From Candidatus Zambryskibacteria bacterium RIFOXYC1_FULL_39_10 (GTDB lineage Bacteria; Patescibacteriota; Minisyncoccia; Phycocordibacterales; WO2-35-19): a stretch of DNA of 64,000 nucleotides. The position numbers were made by a program, and so were the translations under genes. The notes under the pieces are model-generated. The model was not told where the DNA came from. It made no database searches and worked only from the letters and a program-made list of their open reading frames with translations. Where the stretch lies: assembly GCA_001824275.1 (NCBI GenBank), contig MHWW01000003.1:19325-83324 (forward strand). Direction: 5' to 3'. Shown in pieces: positions 16,355 to 24,708 of this stretch; the stretch's first letter is position 1, and each line of letters starts with the position of its first letter.

Positions 16355-17597
16355 TGTCTAAAGAATTATATAATGAAATTAAAGATTCTGCCGCCTTTTT
16401 CCAGTGGATAGTCTTCACTTCTTCTCTTCCGCTAACTGAAAGATGATTCCCCAACTTTTTGTGACGCAAAACCGAGATCACTTTGTCGGCCATATCATCG
16501 GTATCCCAAAAATGTGATTTAAGAGCCGCAGAAATAACTTCACTCACTCCAGATTCTTTGGAGACCAAGACTGGCACTTCTGATATCATAGCCTCCAGCG
16601 GTACCAAACCAAAGGGCTCCGAAACAGACGGCATAACGAAAATATCAGCGGCTTTATATACTTGATTTAACTCTTCTCCTCGGAGGAATCCACAGAAAAT
16701 AAATTTGGAAGAGAGGCCGCGATTTGCCACCATCCTAATCATTTCTCCTTCCATATCGCCACTACCAGAGACTACAAAAAATGTTTTCGGTGCGTGCGCA
16801 AGCACCTTTTCAGCCATTGCTACGAAATAGTCTGGCCCTTTTTGCATTGTGATTCGACCGACAAACAAAACTATCGCGTTACCGTATTTTTTTAAATTAT
16901 TTAAATTTCGTTCAACGAGAGAAAAATTATTTTTAAATTCAATTCCGTTGTGAACTACTTTAACTTTTTCTGGAGCAATACCGTATTTACTTACAACTTT
17001 CCGCTTAGTATGCTCAGAAACAGCTACAATTGCATCAGCCTCATTAAAACCTCTGAGTTCAATATTGAAAATATCTTTGTTAACATTATCGCCACTTCTA
17101 TCAAATTCGGTAGCATGAATATGCACCACGAGTGGTTTACCCGTAGCTTTTTTGGCTTCAATCCCTGCCGGGTAAGTGAGCCAGTCATGAGCGTGAATGA
17201 CGGAGTGTTTATTTTTTTTAGCAATTGCTCCAGCCTTAAGAGCGTAAGCCCTCACCCTCTCTATCAAATCTCCAGAGATGGCTTCGGGCAAACCGTTATC
17301 TTGAATTTTACAATTTTGCACATTAATCGAATGACTGTTATAGCCCGAAAATAGCCCCTTTATCTGGCTCTCAATCAATACATCAGTAGATTCATTAGCA
17401 AAAACAAATTTACACCATGGTGCCGAAACCGGAATTTTAAATGGCAAAACGAAAGTCAAATCAACCCCACTTGATGCCAGAGCTTTAGATAAACCTTCGC
17501 AAGCAACACCCAATCCCCCACTATTAAATGGAGGAAACTCCCATCCGAACATTAGAACACTTGGTGATTTTGCACTAGTCACTTTTTTATCCGTCAA
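16287..17597 (-). CDS. GT4 glycosyltransferase (glycogen/alpha-glucan synthase-like)
   Basis: MFGWEFPPFNSGGLG, HAHDWLT, PSVSEPFGLVPLEA; clustered with GH57 and GH15. Confidence 0.9.
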   Translation of the reverse strand: MTDKKVTSAKSPSVLMFGWEFPPFNSGGLGVACEGLSKALASSGVDLTFVLPFKIPVSAPWCKFVFANESTDVLIESQIKGLFSGYNSHSINVQNCKIQDNGLPEAISGDLIERVRAYALKAGAIAKKNKHSVIHAHDWLTYPAGIEAKKATGKPLVVHIHATEFDRSGDNVNKDIFNIELRGFNEADAIVAVSEHTKRKVVSKYGIAPEKVKVVHNGIEFKNNFSLVERNLNNLKKYGNAIVLFVGRITMQKGPDYFVAMAEKVLAHAPKTFFVVSGSGDMEGEMIRMVANRGLSSKFIFCGFLRGEELNQVYKAADIFVMPSVSEPFGLVPLEAMISEVPVLVSKESGVSEVISAALKSHFWDTDDMADKVISVLRHKKLGNHLSVSGREEVKTIHWKKAAESLISLYNSLDNAFSMFLFPSPPAFESAKVQSL

Positions 17598-18643
17598 CTT
17601 ACGGACTGATTTTTATTGGACATAACAAAAGGATAAATTTTCATAAGCGCGATAAACGCACTCACCACCACTGGCCCTACCAAAAAACCGATAAGCCCAA
17701 GCACCTCGACTCCTCCAAGTATTGAAAAAAGGACTACCAAAGGGTGCACCTTTATTTTGTCTTTCAAAAAAATAACTGACATGAAATTGTCTACCAAACC
17801 GACAGCCACGGCGGCCCAGACAAGAAGCCCAATGCCTGCCCCAATCTGGTTAGACAGGAAAAGATAAGCGATAGCGGGAACGGTCACCACCGATGTCCCC
17901 AAAATTGGCACCAAGGACGCTACACCACCGACGAAACCCCAAAGCACTGGCGAACCCACGCCAAAAATAACAAAACCAATACCTATGAAAACACCCTGTG
18001 CGATTGAAACCAAAATCCTGCCTTTGAGTACCGCATCTATTGAAGCCTTGAGAGTTTGGATGAAGTCCTCATCATATTTATCTGGCAAAGGGCTCCATAT
18101 TTTGAGGCCAGCTTTTATCTTGTCTCCATAAACAAACAAATAGTGGAGAGAAACGAGCATAAGTATAAAGTTTAAAATGCCTCCAAAAATAGCAGCAGAA
18201 ATAGAACCAAAATTGCCTATTATCCAATCTAAAATGCCTCGAGTGTACGATTCAAAATTAACCTCTGTGTCAATCACTCCCGGAGGAAGCACTGAGCTCA
18301 ATCTATTGAATAACGCATTGGCTTGAGAAATTAAATTTTGAGAATTACCTCCCAGAGCCATCGAATTATACAAATCCACCGCCTCTTTCAGTAGAAGGGT
18401 TGATATTACCGCAATAGGAATAATAACAAAAAACAAAATTATCGAAGTGGTGGTCAAAGCGGCCAAATTCTCTCTGTCACCAAACTTGCGCACCAACCTT
18501 TTGTATAAAGGATAAAAAGAGACCGCAAACACTCCCGCTATGAAAATCACTCCGAAATACGGTTTGAGTATAAAAAATAAAAGCACCAAAAGTAGAATGG
18601 TGAGTACCACGAAAAATGTCAGTTGTGTTGTTTTCTGAGACAT
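17594..18643 (-). CDS. AI-2E family transporter
   Basis: Multiple TM helices; VHPLVVLFSILGG...GFLVGP. Confidence 0.9.
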   Translation of the reverse strand: MSQKTTQLTFFVVLTILLLVLLFFILKPYFGVIFIAGVFAVSFYPLYKRLVRKFGDRENLAALTTTSIILFFVIIPIAVISTLLLKEAVDLYNSMALGGNSQNLISQANALFNRLSSVLPPGVIDTEVNFESYTRGILDWIIGNFGSISAAIFGGILNFILMLVSLHYLFVYGDKIKAGLKIWSPLPDKYDEDFIQTLKASIDAVLKGRILVSIAQGVFIGIGFVIFGVGSPVLWGFVGGVASLVPILGTSVVTVPAIAYLFLSNQIGAGIGLLVWAAVAVGLVDNFMSVIFLKDKIKVHPLVVLFSILGGVEVLGLIGFLVGPVVVSAFIALMKIYPFVMSNKNQSVS

Positions 18644-18658
18644 AAAGACAGATAGGAT

Positions 18659-19297
18659 TTAATCCTTTAATCTGCTTCTATATTTTAACACAACAAACAC
18701 TGCTAAACCAAGAATAGTGGATAGTAAAATGACTTTTTCTATAGAATTTATAAGGTCAGCGTACTTTCCGTAAACATTTCCTACTTGCCACCCAATTGCA
18801 CCCAAAATAAGCCCTCTAAAAAATGTCCCAATCAGAGTAATGAAAAAGTATTTAACCAAACTCATTTCCATGATTCCACAAAAGGCTGAGATGGCGACCG
18901 AAGGGACGATTGGCAAAATTCTCGCAGAACCTATGAGTATTTCGTCTTTTTTTGTTCCGCTCAATTTATTTTGCAATTTTTCTATATCACTAGAGTAAAG
19001 GCCGATATACCTACCCCATTTTTCTATAGTGAATTTACCACCATAACGAGCAATAAAATAAATAAAATATGAACCAACTGTCACACCAAGGGCCGCGGGT
19101 ATTGCTACTTTGAAAATAAGAGCCAAAATGGCTTTAATTGAAACCGGTCCGGTGACAAAAATAAAACCAGACATTGTCATAATGAGAGCAGACGGAATAG
19201 GAGCAACCACTTCTTCCAAAACCGATGCTACGAAAACGCCGAGTGCCCCCCACGGCAAAATACTTACTTGCAAAAAATGTATTAATCCCTCAATCAT
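18659..19297 (-). CDS. DedA/VTT family membrane protein
   Basis: LEEVVAPIPS, YFIARYGG, ARILPIVP. Confidence 0.85.
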   Translation of the reverse strand: MIEGLIHFLQVSILPWGALGVFVASVLEEVVAPIPSALIMTMSGFIFVTGPVSIKAILALIFKVAIPAALGVTVGSYFIYFIARYGGKFTIEKWGRYIGLYSSDIEKLQNKLSGTKKDEILIGSARILPIVPSVAISAFCGIMEMSLVKYFFITLIGTFFRGLILGAIGWQVGNVYGKYADLINSIEKVILLSTILGLAVFVVLKYRSRLKD

Positions 19298-19304
19298 ACT
19301 TAAC

Positions 19305-19336
19305 AAGTCTAATCAAAATTATGCCAAAAAGAAAGC
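19305..19336. repeat. 32-bp direct repeat, copy 1 (pairs with 20674-20705)
   Basis: aagtctaatcaaaattatg(c/t)caaaaagaaagc, 1 mismatch. Confidence 0.8.
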
Positions 19337-19346
19337 GACGCTGAAC

Positions 19347-19862
19347 CTAATCAACGTCGCCCAGTTTTTCCACTATCCTTATTTCTGAAGGTTTAGCGAG
19401 ATGATTTTGATCCATGATGTACCAAACATCTCCTTCAATCTTCTCGCCACCCAAAACAAGAGGAAGCCAATCTATGTCTGACGCCATCATTTCTTCAAAT
19501 GGCAGCCCATTAATTGACCAAAAAGTTGGCTCTATCATTTCTGGATTTGGTTTAATTTCACCTGACCATTTCCAGAGTAGGAACATGTGTACCTCCACAT
19601 CAAACTTTCTACCATCTGCTTTTTGATTGTGGAAAGTGACCTTGCCAGAGTATTCCAAATCCTCTTTCTGTGCCGAAAGCCCTGATTCTTGGAGAAGCTC
19701 TCTTGTCGCCGCTTCCCGTATGGTTTCGCCCTCTTCTTGGCTTCCACCCCACCCATTCCATTTGCCAATCCCAATCTTTCGAGTTTTTTTGGCAAGCAAA
19801 ACCTTGCCCTCCTTTATAGGAAAGACCAGTGTTGCCACCATTTTTTTCCTTCTTAAGTCCAT
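19347..19862 (-). CDS. NUDIX hydrolase (MTH1/MutT-like)
   Basis: GKWNGWGGSQEEGETIREAATRELLQESGL Nudix box; EM.P.FW; M..SD..W. Confidence 0.88.
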   Translation of the reverse strand: MDLRRKKMVATLVFPIKEGKVLLAKKTRKIGIGKWNGWGGSQEEGETIREAATRELLQESGLSAQKEDLEYSGKVTFHNQKADGRKFDVEVHMFLLWKWSGEIKPNPEMIEPTFWSINGLPFEEMMASDIDWLPLVLGGEKIEGDVWYIMDQNHLAKPSEIRIVEKLGDVD

Positions 19863-19928
19863 AATTACTCTCCCGCTCTGATAATACCCCCACTCACCCC
19901 AAAAATAAAGCTCAATTTTATCTTAATA

Positions 19929-20267
19929 TTAAAGACTATTAATCACTCTCAAAGCAAAGGGGTTAAAATATGAAGATATTTGATTGCGGCTTATTGAATA
20001 TTCCATTTTTTCAAGAATAAGTTCATCAAAAAATTTTTGCAAAATATCCATCTCTGCGTTTGCACTTTCATTATTAAAACTTTTAATTTTATCAATTATT
20101 AAAGTTGCTCTTTTATAGGCGTTTTGCATTGTCTCTTTGTCCCCTTTTTCCTTCCAACTAAAAATTCTCTGGACTTCACTACCCAAATTTGCCATATAAA
20201 AACAAACTATTTTGAATTGTTCTTGTTCTTTTTTAGTTATTTTATTTTTTATTATTTTCCGTGGCAT
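19929..20267 (-). CDS. Hypothetical helical protein
   Basis: 112-aa ORF in operon-like context. Confidence 0.6.
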   Translation of the reverse strand: MPRKIIKNKITKKEQEQFKIVCFYMANLGSEVQRIFSWKEKGDKETMQNAYKRATLIIDKIKSFNNESANAEMDILQKFFDELILEKMEYSISRNQISSYFNPFALRVINSL

Positions 20268-20292
20268 TTTCGTGCTTTTATTAAAATTTCAA

Positions 20293-20646
20293 TCATTTAT
20301 TTTCTGCATTTTTTTCTTTATCAAAAATCATTAATAGACTGGCCACCTGTCTGCGGTCATTTTCGGTCCCGCTGGTATATCTGTTTAATCCATCACTACC
20401 CAAATCTATATAGGGACTAAGATATGTTTTCAGTTTTTCTTCATTCTCTACTATGATTTCTCTTACTTCTTTATCATATTCAGCAGCCTTATCTAATTGG
20501 CCATCATGAACATAGGCAAAAGCATTTCTACGTGCAGTGGCACATCTAGAAACTATATCCTGTACTTCAGGATCTTCTAAAAAATTTGGGATTAATGGTT
20601 CTGGAACTTGTTCCGATTTGGGTTTATTAAAAAATTTTTCAAACAT
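20293..20646 (-). CDS. Hypothetical protein
   Basis: 117-aa ORF with plausible composition. Confidence 0.6.
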   Translation of the reverse strand: MFEKFFNKPKSEQVPEPLIPNFLEDPEVQDIVSRCATARRNAFAYVHDGQLDKAAEYDKEVREIIVENEEKLKTYLSPYIDLGSDGLNRYTSGTENDRRQVASLLMIFDKEKNAENK

Positions 20647-20673
20647 AAATTTATTTAATTATTGTTATAAATT

Positions 20674-20705
20674 AAGTCTAATCAAAATTATGTCAAAAAG
20701 AAAGC
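20674..20705. repeat. 32-bp direct repeat, copy 2
   Basis: Matches 19305-19336. Confidence 0.8.
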
Positions 20706-20771
20706 CCAAATTACACCACACCCCCACGTGTCAAAGACCGTCTTTGACACTTTACTTTTTCAAGATTTGTT

Positions 20772-20951
20772 TTATACAGATTTCCGCGGTCGCGGATTTT
20801 TGTATAATTGTTCACTGCCGCACCAAGGACAAAACCATTTCGTTTTTTGGACAAGAGCACCACTGACTGTCCACCACTTTTTACATTCCAAACAAGAAAA
20901 ATGATGCAATTTTTCCACTACTCTTTGAGTTTTATTATTCTTACTTCCCAT
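20772..20951 (-). CDS. 59-aa Zn-ribbon protein (below the ORF-track cutoff)
   Basis: MGSKNNKTQRVVEKLHHFSCLECKKWWTVSGALVQKTKWFCPWCGSEQLYKNPRPRKSV; two CxxC motifs; starts 18 nt after the HAD stop. Confidence 0.75.
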   Translation of the reverse strand: MGSKNNKTQRVVEKLHHFSCLECKKWWTVSGALVQKTKWFCPWCGSEQLYKNPRPRKSV

Positions 20952-20969
20952 GACACTTTTTGATAATTA

Positions 20970-21425
20970 TCAATACAGTTCTTTGAGTTCTAAAATATTA
21001 TTTATTGTAACTGACGGCATACCTGTTTCTGAATTTGGTAAGTCATTCTCAAACTCTCCATTCTTGAGCCAAACTGTCGTTGCGCCTTTAGAATTGCCCC
21101 ATTTTATACCGTACACAACTTGATTATCCACCACCACAACTTCTTCTGGTCTTACCTCAAAATCGACTAAAACTTTCTCGTACATTTGATCTTTTCCCTT
21201 ATCCCCCACAATAATTTGAGTGAAAAACTTTGCTATTTCACTGTTTTGTATTTTTACACTTCTTATTTGACTAGATTCACTTACAGCAAGTGACACCAAA
21301 ACTAATTTATAACGTTTTGATAAGTAAGAGAGAACCTCGTGGACATTTTTAAATATAATGTCAGTTTTTAAATCACAAAGTGTTCCTCCCCAATCAAAGA
21401 TAAAGAGTTTTATTTTATTTTCCAT
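20970..21425 (-). CDS. HAD-superfamily hydrolase
   Basis: LFIFDWGGTL motif I; ATG 21425 overlaps the secA stop. Confidence 0.8.
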   Translation of the reverse strand: MENKIKLFIFDWGGTLCDLKTDIIFKNVHEVLSYLSKRYKLVLVSLAVSESSQIRSVKIQNSEIAKFFTQIIVGDKGKDQMYEKVLVDFEVRPEEVVVVDNQVVYGIKWGNSKGATTVWLKNGEFENDLPNSETGMPSVTINNILELKELY

Positions 21426-23937
21426 GACAATTTTTATATTTAACAGGAGTTCCGTCTGACTTTTTAGCCCCACAAGGACATGGATCATTTCTGCCAATAT
21501 CCTTATGTTGAGAAGAAGTACTTGAAACATTTGCCGTATCAGTCACACTGGTTATTTTAAGCGCTTGGTTTTCTATTTCTTTTTGCGCCGAGAGATTTAC
21601 CGTTGATTCATCGACTTTAGTGATAGTGCCCAAAATAGAGTTTTCTATCGATTCCTCCATTTCTTTGAACAATTTCAGGCCCTCTTTTTTATATTCAACG
21701 AGTGGGTCTCTTTGACCATACGCTCTGAGATTCACAGAGCCTCGCAAATAATCCATCATTTCCAAATGATCAACCCAAAACATATCAAAAGTTTGTAAAC
21801 ATAATTCTCTGAATGCTTTGATGAAATTCTCTTCCCCCAAATCTGCTCTTTTTTTGGCCACCGCTTCCTGTATTTCCAGCAAAGCGTTTTCAAGTATTTT
21901 GGCTAAATAATTCAAAACCGCATCGGTGTCCCCAACCAAAACATTTCTTCTTCTTTCATAAAAAGTTTTTCTTTGGAAATTCAAAACATCATCATATTCA
22001 AGAATATGTTTACGAGCATCAAAATTTAAGCCTTCTATTTTTTCTTGAGCGTTTTCAAGTGAGCGGGTGATGAGTTTGTTTTGGATAGCCTCATCCTCAG
22101 GTATACCGAGCCGCCCCATCATATTTTTGACTGTGTCCGCCGCAAAAACTCTCATTATATGATCCTCCATCGAAACGAAAAATTGAGTCTCTCCAGAGTC
22201 TCCTTGCCTACCCGATCTGCCACGAAGCTGATTATCAATACGCCTTGCATCATGCCTTTCAGTACCTAAGACAAAAAGCCCGCCCACACTTTTAATTTTT
22301 TCATAAGCGTCCTTCTGGAAGGGTGCTCCCCCAAGCTTGATATCAACTCCGCGACCGGCCATGTTGGTCGCGACGGTGACCGCGCCCTCCCGGCCCGCTT
22401 GGGCCACTATTTCTCCTTCTCTCTCATGATTTTTGGCATTAAGCATTTCAAAAGAAACTCCTTCTCTTTTTAAATATTCAGAGAGTAGTTCATTTTTTTC
22501 AATCGAAATAGTACCAATGAGGACTGGTTGCCCCTTCTTTTGCAGTTCTTTAACTTTCCTCGCAATAGCCAAAAGTTTGCCGTTTTCAGTTTGGAAAATT
22601 AAGTCATCCCTATCTACGCGACCCGAGGGCTTGTTGGTAGGGATAGCAACAGTGTTGAGACCATAAACTTTATAAAACTCTTCACTAGATGTCGTAGCGG
22701 TACCTGTCATACCCGAAAGTTTGTCATACATTCTAAAATAATTTTGATATGTGATTGATGCGAAAGTCCGACTCTCTTTTTGAACTGAGACACCCTCTTT
22801 CGCTTCAATTGCCTGATGCAGGCCTTCTGACCACCTTCGGCCGGGCTGCATTCTGCCCGTGTAAGGGTCTACAATAATTATCTCATCTTCTTTAACCACA
22901 TAATCTTTATCTTTATGATAAAGCGCCTTGGCCTTTACCGCAGTTTCCAAATGGTGCACCATCTTTATTCCACCTTCAGTACTTCCAGTACCTCCGGCAC
23001 TTACAGTACCTCCGGCATAAATATTTTCTAGGCCTAAAATTTCCTCGGCCTTAGTAATACCTTCATCGTTTAAAAGAACCGAATGAAGTTTTTCATCAAT
23101 AGTATAGTGTTCATTTTCCTTGAGCTTTTGAGCCACGGTGGCAAATTTTTTGTATAAAATATCAGAGTCAGCCGCTGGCGCCGAAATTATAAGCGGAGTC
23201 CTCGCTTCATCGATAAGTATTGAGTCAATCTCGTCCACCACCGCAAAATGGTGTCTTTTTTGTCTGACACTTTCAAACTTATATTCCAAATTGTCTCGCA
23301 AATAATCAAAACCAAATTCGCTATTCGTTCCATAAGTGATATCGGCCTCATAAGCTTCTACCCGACTACAAGGTCTTAAAAATTCATTCAAGACTTTGAA
23401 AGATCCTTTTTCATCTCTCTCTTTGTCCTTATCAGAATGACTTGGGTCATATATAAAAGAGGAATCGTGTGCAATAACCGCCACAGTCAAACCGAGCGCT
23501 GAATAAACTTGACCCATCCAAACCGCATCTCTGCGAGAAAGATAGTCGTTGACTGTCACCACATGTACTCCTTTGTCCATCAAAGCATTCAAATATACGG
23601 GCAATGTCGCTACCAAAGTTTTTCCTTCTCCGGTTCGCATTTCGGCGATACCACCTTGATGCATCACGATGCCCCCCAAAAGTTGCACATCAAAATGCCG
23701 TTCACTCAAAGTTCTTTTAGCCACTTCCCTCACTGTTGCAAAAGCTTCTGGCAAAATATCGTCCAGTTTTTCCCCTTTTTTTATTCTTTCTTTAAATTCT
23801 AAAGTTTTATTTTTAAGAGCCTCGTCGGAAAGACTCGAAATAACTTCTTCAAAACTATTAACTTTGCCAACCAAAGGCATTATATCCTTAATATAACGAC
23901 TACTTTGATCTCCAAATATTTTGTTCAAAAATGACAT
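21415..23937 (-). CDS. secA: Preprotein translocase ATPase SecA
   Basis: EMRTGEGKT, VTVNDYL, DEIDSILIDEARTPLIIS, ATNMAGRG, QLRGRSGRQGD, GRNDPCPCG. Confidence 0.98.
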   Translation of the reverse strand: MSFLNKIFGDQSSRYIKDIMPLVGKVNSFEEVISSLSDEALKNKTLEFKERIKKGEKLDDILPEAFATVREVAKRTLSERHFDVQLLGGIVMHQGGIAEMRTGEGKTLVATLPVYLNALMDKGVHVVTVNDYLSRRDAVWMGQVYSALGLTVAVIAHDSSFIYDPSHSDKDKERDEKGSFKVLNEFLRPCSRVEAYEADITYGTNSEFGFDYLRDNLEYKFESVRQKRHHFAVVDEIDSILIDEARTPLIISAPAADSDILYKKFATVAQKLKENEHYTIDEKLHSVLLNDEGITKAEEILGLENIYAGGTVSAGGTGSTEGGIKMVHHLETAVKAKALYHKDKDYVVKEDEIIIVDPYTGRMQPGRRWSEGLHQAIEAKEGVSVQKESRTFASITYQNYFRMYDKLSGMTGTATTSSEEFYKVYGLNTVAIPTNKPSGRVDRDDLIFQTENGKLLAIARKVKELQKKGQPVLIGTISIEKNELLSEYLKREGVSFEMLNAKNHEREGEIVAQAGREGAVTVATNMAGRGVDIKLGGAPFQKDAYEKIKSVGGLFVLGTERHDARRIDNQLRGRSGRQGDSGETQFFVSMEDHIMRVFAADTVKNMMGRLGIPEDEAIQNKLITRSLENAQEKIEGLNFDARKHILEYDDVLNFQRKTFYERRRNVLVGDTDAVLNYLAKILENALLEIQEAVAKKRADLGEENFIKAFRELCLQTFDMFWVDHLEMMDYLRGSVNLRAYGQRDPLVEYKKEGLKLFKEMEESIENSILGTITKVDESTVNLSAQKEIENQALKITSVTDTANVSSTSSQHKDIGRNDPCPCGAKKSDGTPVKYKNCHGK

Positions 23938-23982
23938 AACGGGCTTATACTAACATATTTTTCGACTTTTTTCTAAACAAAA

Positions 23983-24002
23983 ATCCCGCTTGAGAGCGGA
24001 AT
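23983..24002 (-). terminator. Probable intrinsic terminator after the Lys-rich peptide gene
   Basis: ccgct-tgag-agcgg hairpin followed by a U-run on the minus strand. Confidence 0.5.
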
Positions 24003-24026
24003 CTTTGTTAAGTGGGAAAAGTGCGA

Positions 24027-24089
24027 TTAAGCTCTTTTCTTCTTTGTAGCAACTTTCTTCTTTGCTACTTTTTTCTTCTTTGCTGGCAT
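24027..24089 (-). CDS. 20-aa Lys-rich, histone H1-like micro-protein MPAKKKKVAKKKVATKKKRA
   Basis: ATG-to-TAA frame preceded by AAAGGAAAGGA and followed by a terminator. Confidence 0.65.
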   Translation of the reverse strand: MPAKKKKVAKKKVATKKKRA

Positions 24090-24284
24090 TTTATTTTATT
24101 CCTTTCCTTTGTTAAAACTAGGGATTGGAATGAGATTATTTTTAAGCGCGCTTGTTCCGATGAAAATTTTTTTAAAATTTTTTCGGAGCGATCGACCTGT
24201 ATTAATTATCGCTCTAAAAAATATTTAAGTAAATATTTTTTTCATCAAATGTGTGGATAACTGAAAAAACTTTTTTTGAAAAGT

Positions 24285-24395
24285 TTTTTAATTTTTAATT
24301 TACAATTTTTAATTTTTAATAAATGTCTAAATTTTAAATTAGGAAATTGAAACATTGAAAATTATTTGAAAATTTTAAATTAGAAATTGAAAATT
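24285..24395. repeat. Degenerate AT-rich 7/8-mer tandem repeats (aattttt / gaaaatt)
   Basis: tttttaatttttaatttacaatttttaatttttaa...gaaattgaaacattgaaaatt...gaaattgaaaatt. Confidence 0.5.
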
Positions 24396-24423
24396 AAAAA
24401 ATTCCGACATGTCGGAATTTTTT
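24396..24423. terminator. Perfect 28-bp palindrome, possibly a bidirectional terminator or REP-like element
   Basis: aaaaaattccgaca|tgtcggaatttttt. Confidence 0.6.
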
Positions 24424-24425
24424 AT

Positions 24426-24505
24426 GCGTTGTCGCGCGACCGGCGGAAGCTATCTCCAAAACAAATGTCTATGTGAGTGCGAACCGCCGGTCACGCCGCA
24501 ACACA
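24426..24505 (-). ncRNA. Candidate structured small RNA A (long GC stem, 37-nt loop)
   Basis: Stem 24426-24446 with 24484-24504; upstream TGn-TATATT at 24521-24513; terminator-like palindrome downstream. Confidence 0.5.
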
Positions 24506-24537
24506 TATTAATAATATATCATTTCGATAATTTTATC

Positions 24538-24573
24538 TAACCTCCCCTTTCCCCTCCTTACATTAAGGAGGGG
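24538..24573. repeat. REP-like hairpin, copy 3
   Basis: taacctccccttt-cccctcctta-cat-taaggagggg. Confidence 0.6.
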
Positions 24574-24579
24574 TAGGAA

Positions 24580-24662
24580 AAACATCAACGAAAATGCCAC
24601 CAGGGGGGTGGCGCTTTCGCAGACATTCATTTGTGCTGAAAATTGCTTTTCTGCACTCACAT
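24580..24662 (-). ncRNA. Candidate small RNA B
   Basis: Promoter TTGCAT(24695)-17 nt-TATACT(24672) with TGn; GUGCAGAAAA-GCAA-UUUUCAGCAC hairpin; terminator-like hairpin 24589-24619. Confidence 0.5.
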
Positions 24663-24708
24663 TACAAGTATAGCATACTTGACATATTTATGCAAGTGTA
24701 CCTGTGGA

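Noticed and set aside
24426..24662. tRNA, SRP RNA, 6S RNA or tmRNA identity for the structured region
   Set aside because: I could not find a cloverleaf, SRP helix-8 motif or tmRNA ends by eye; an Rfam scan is still needed
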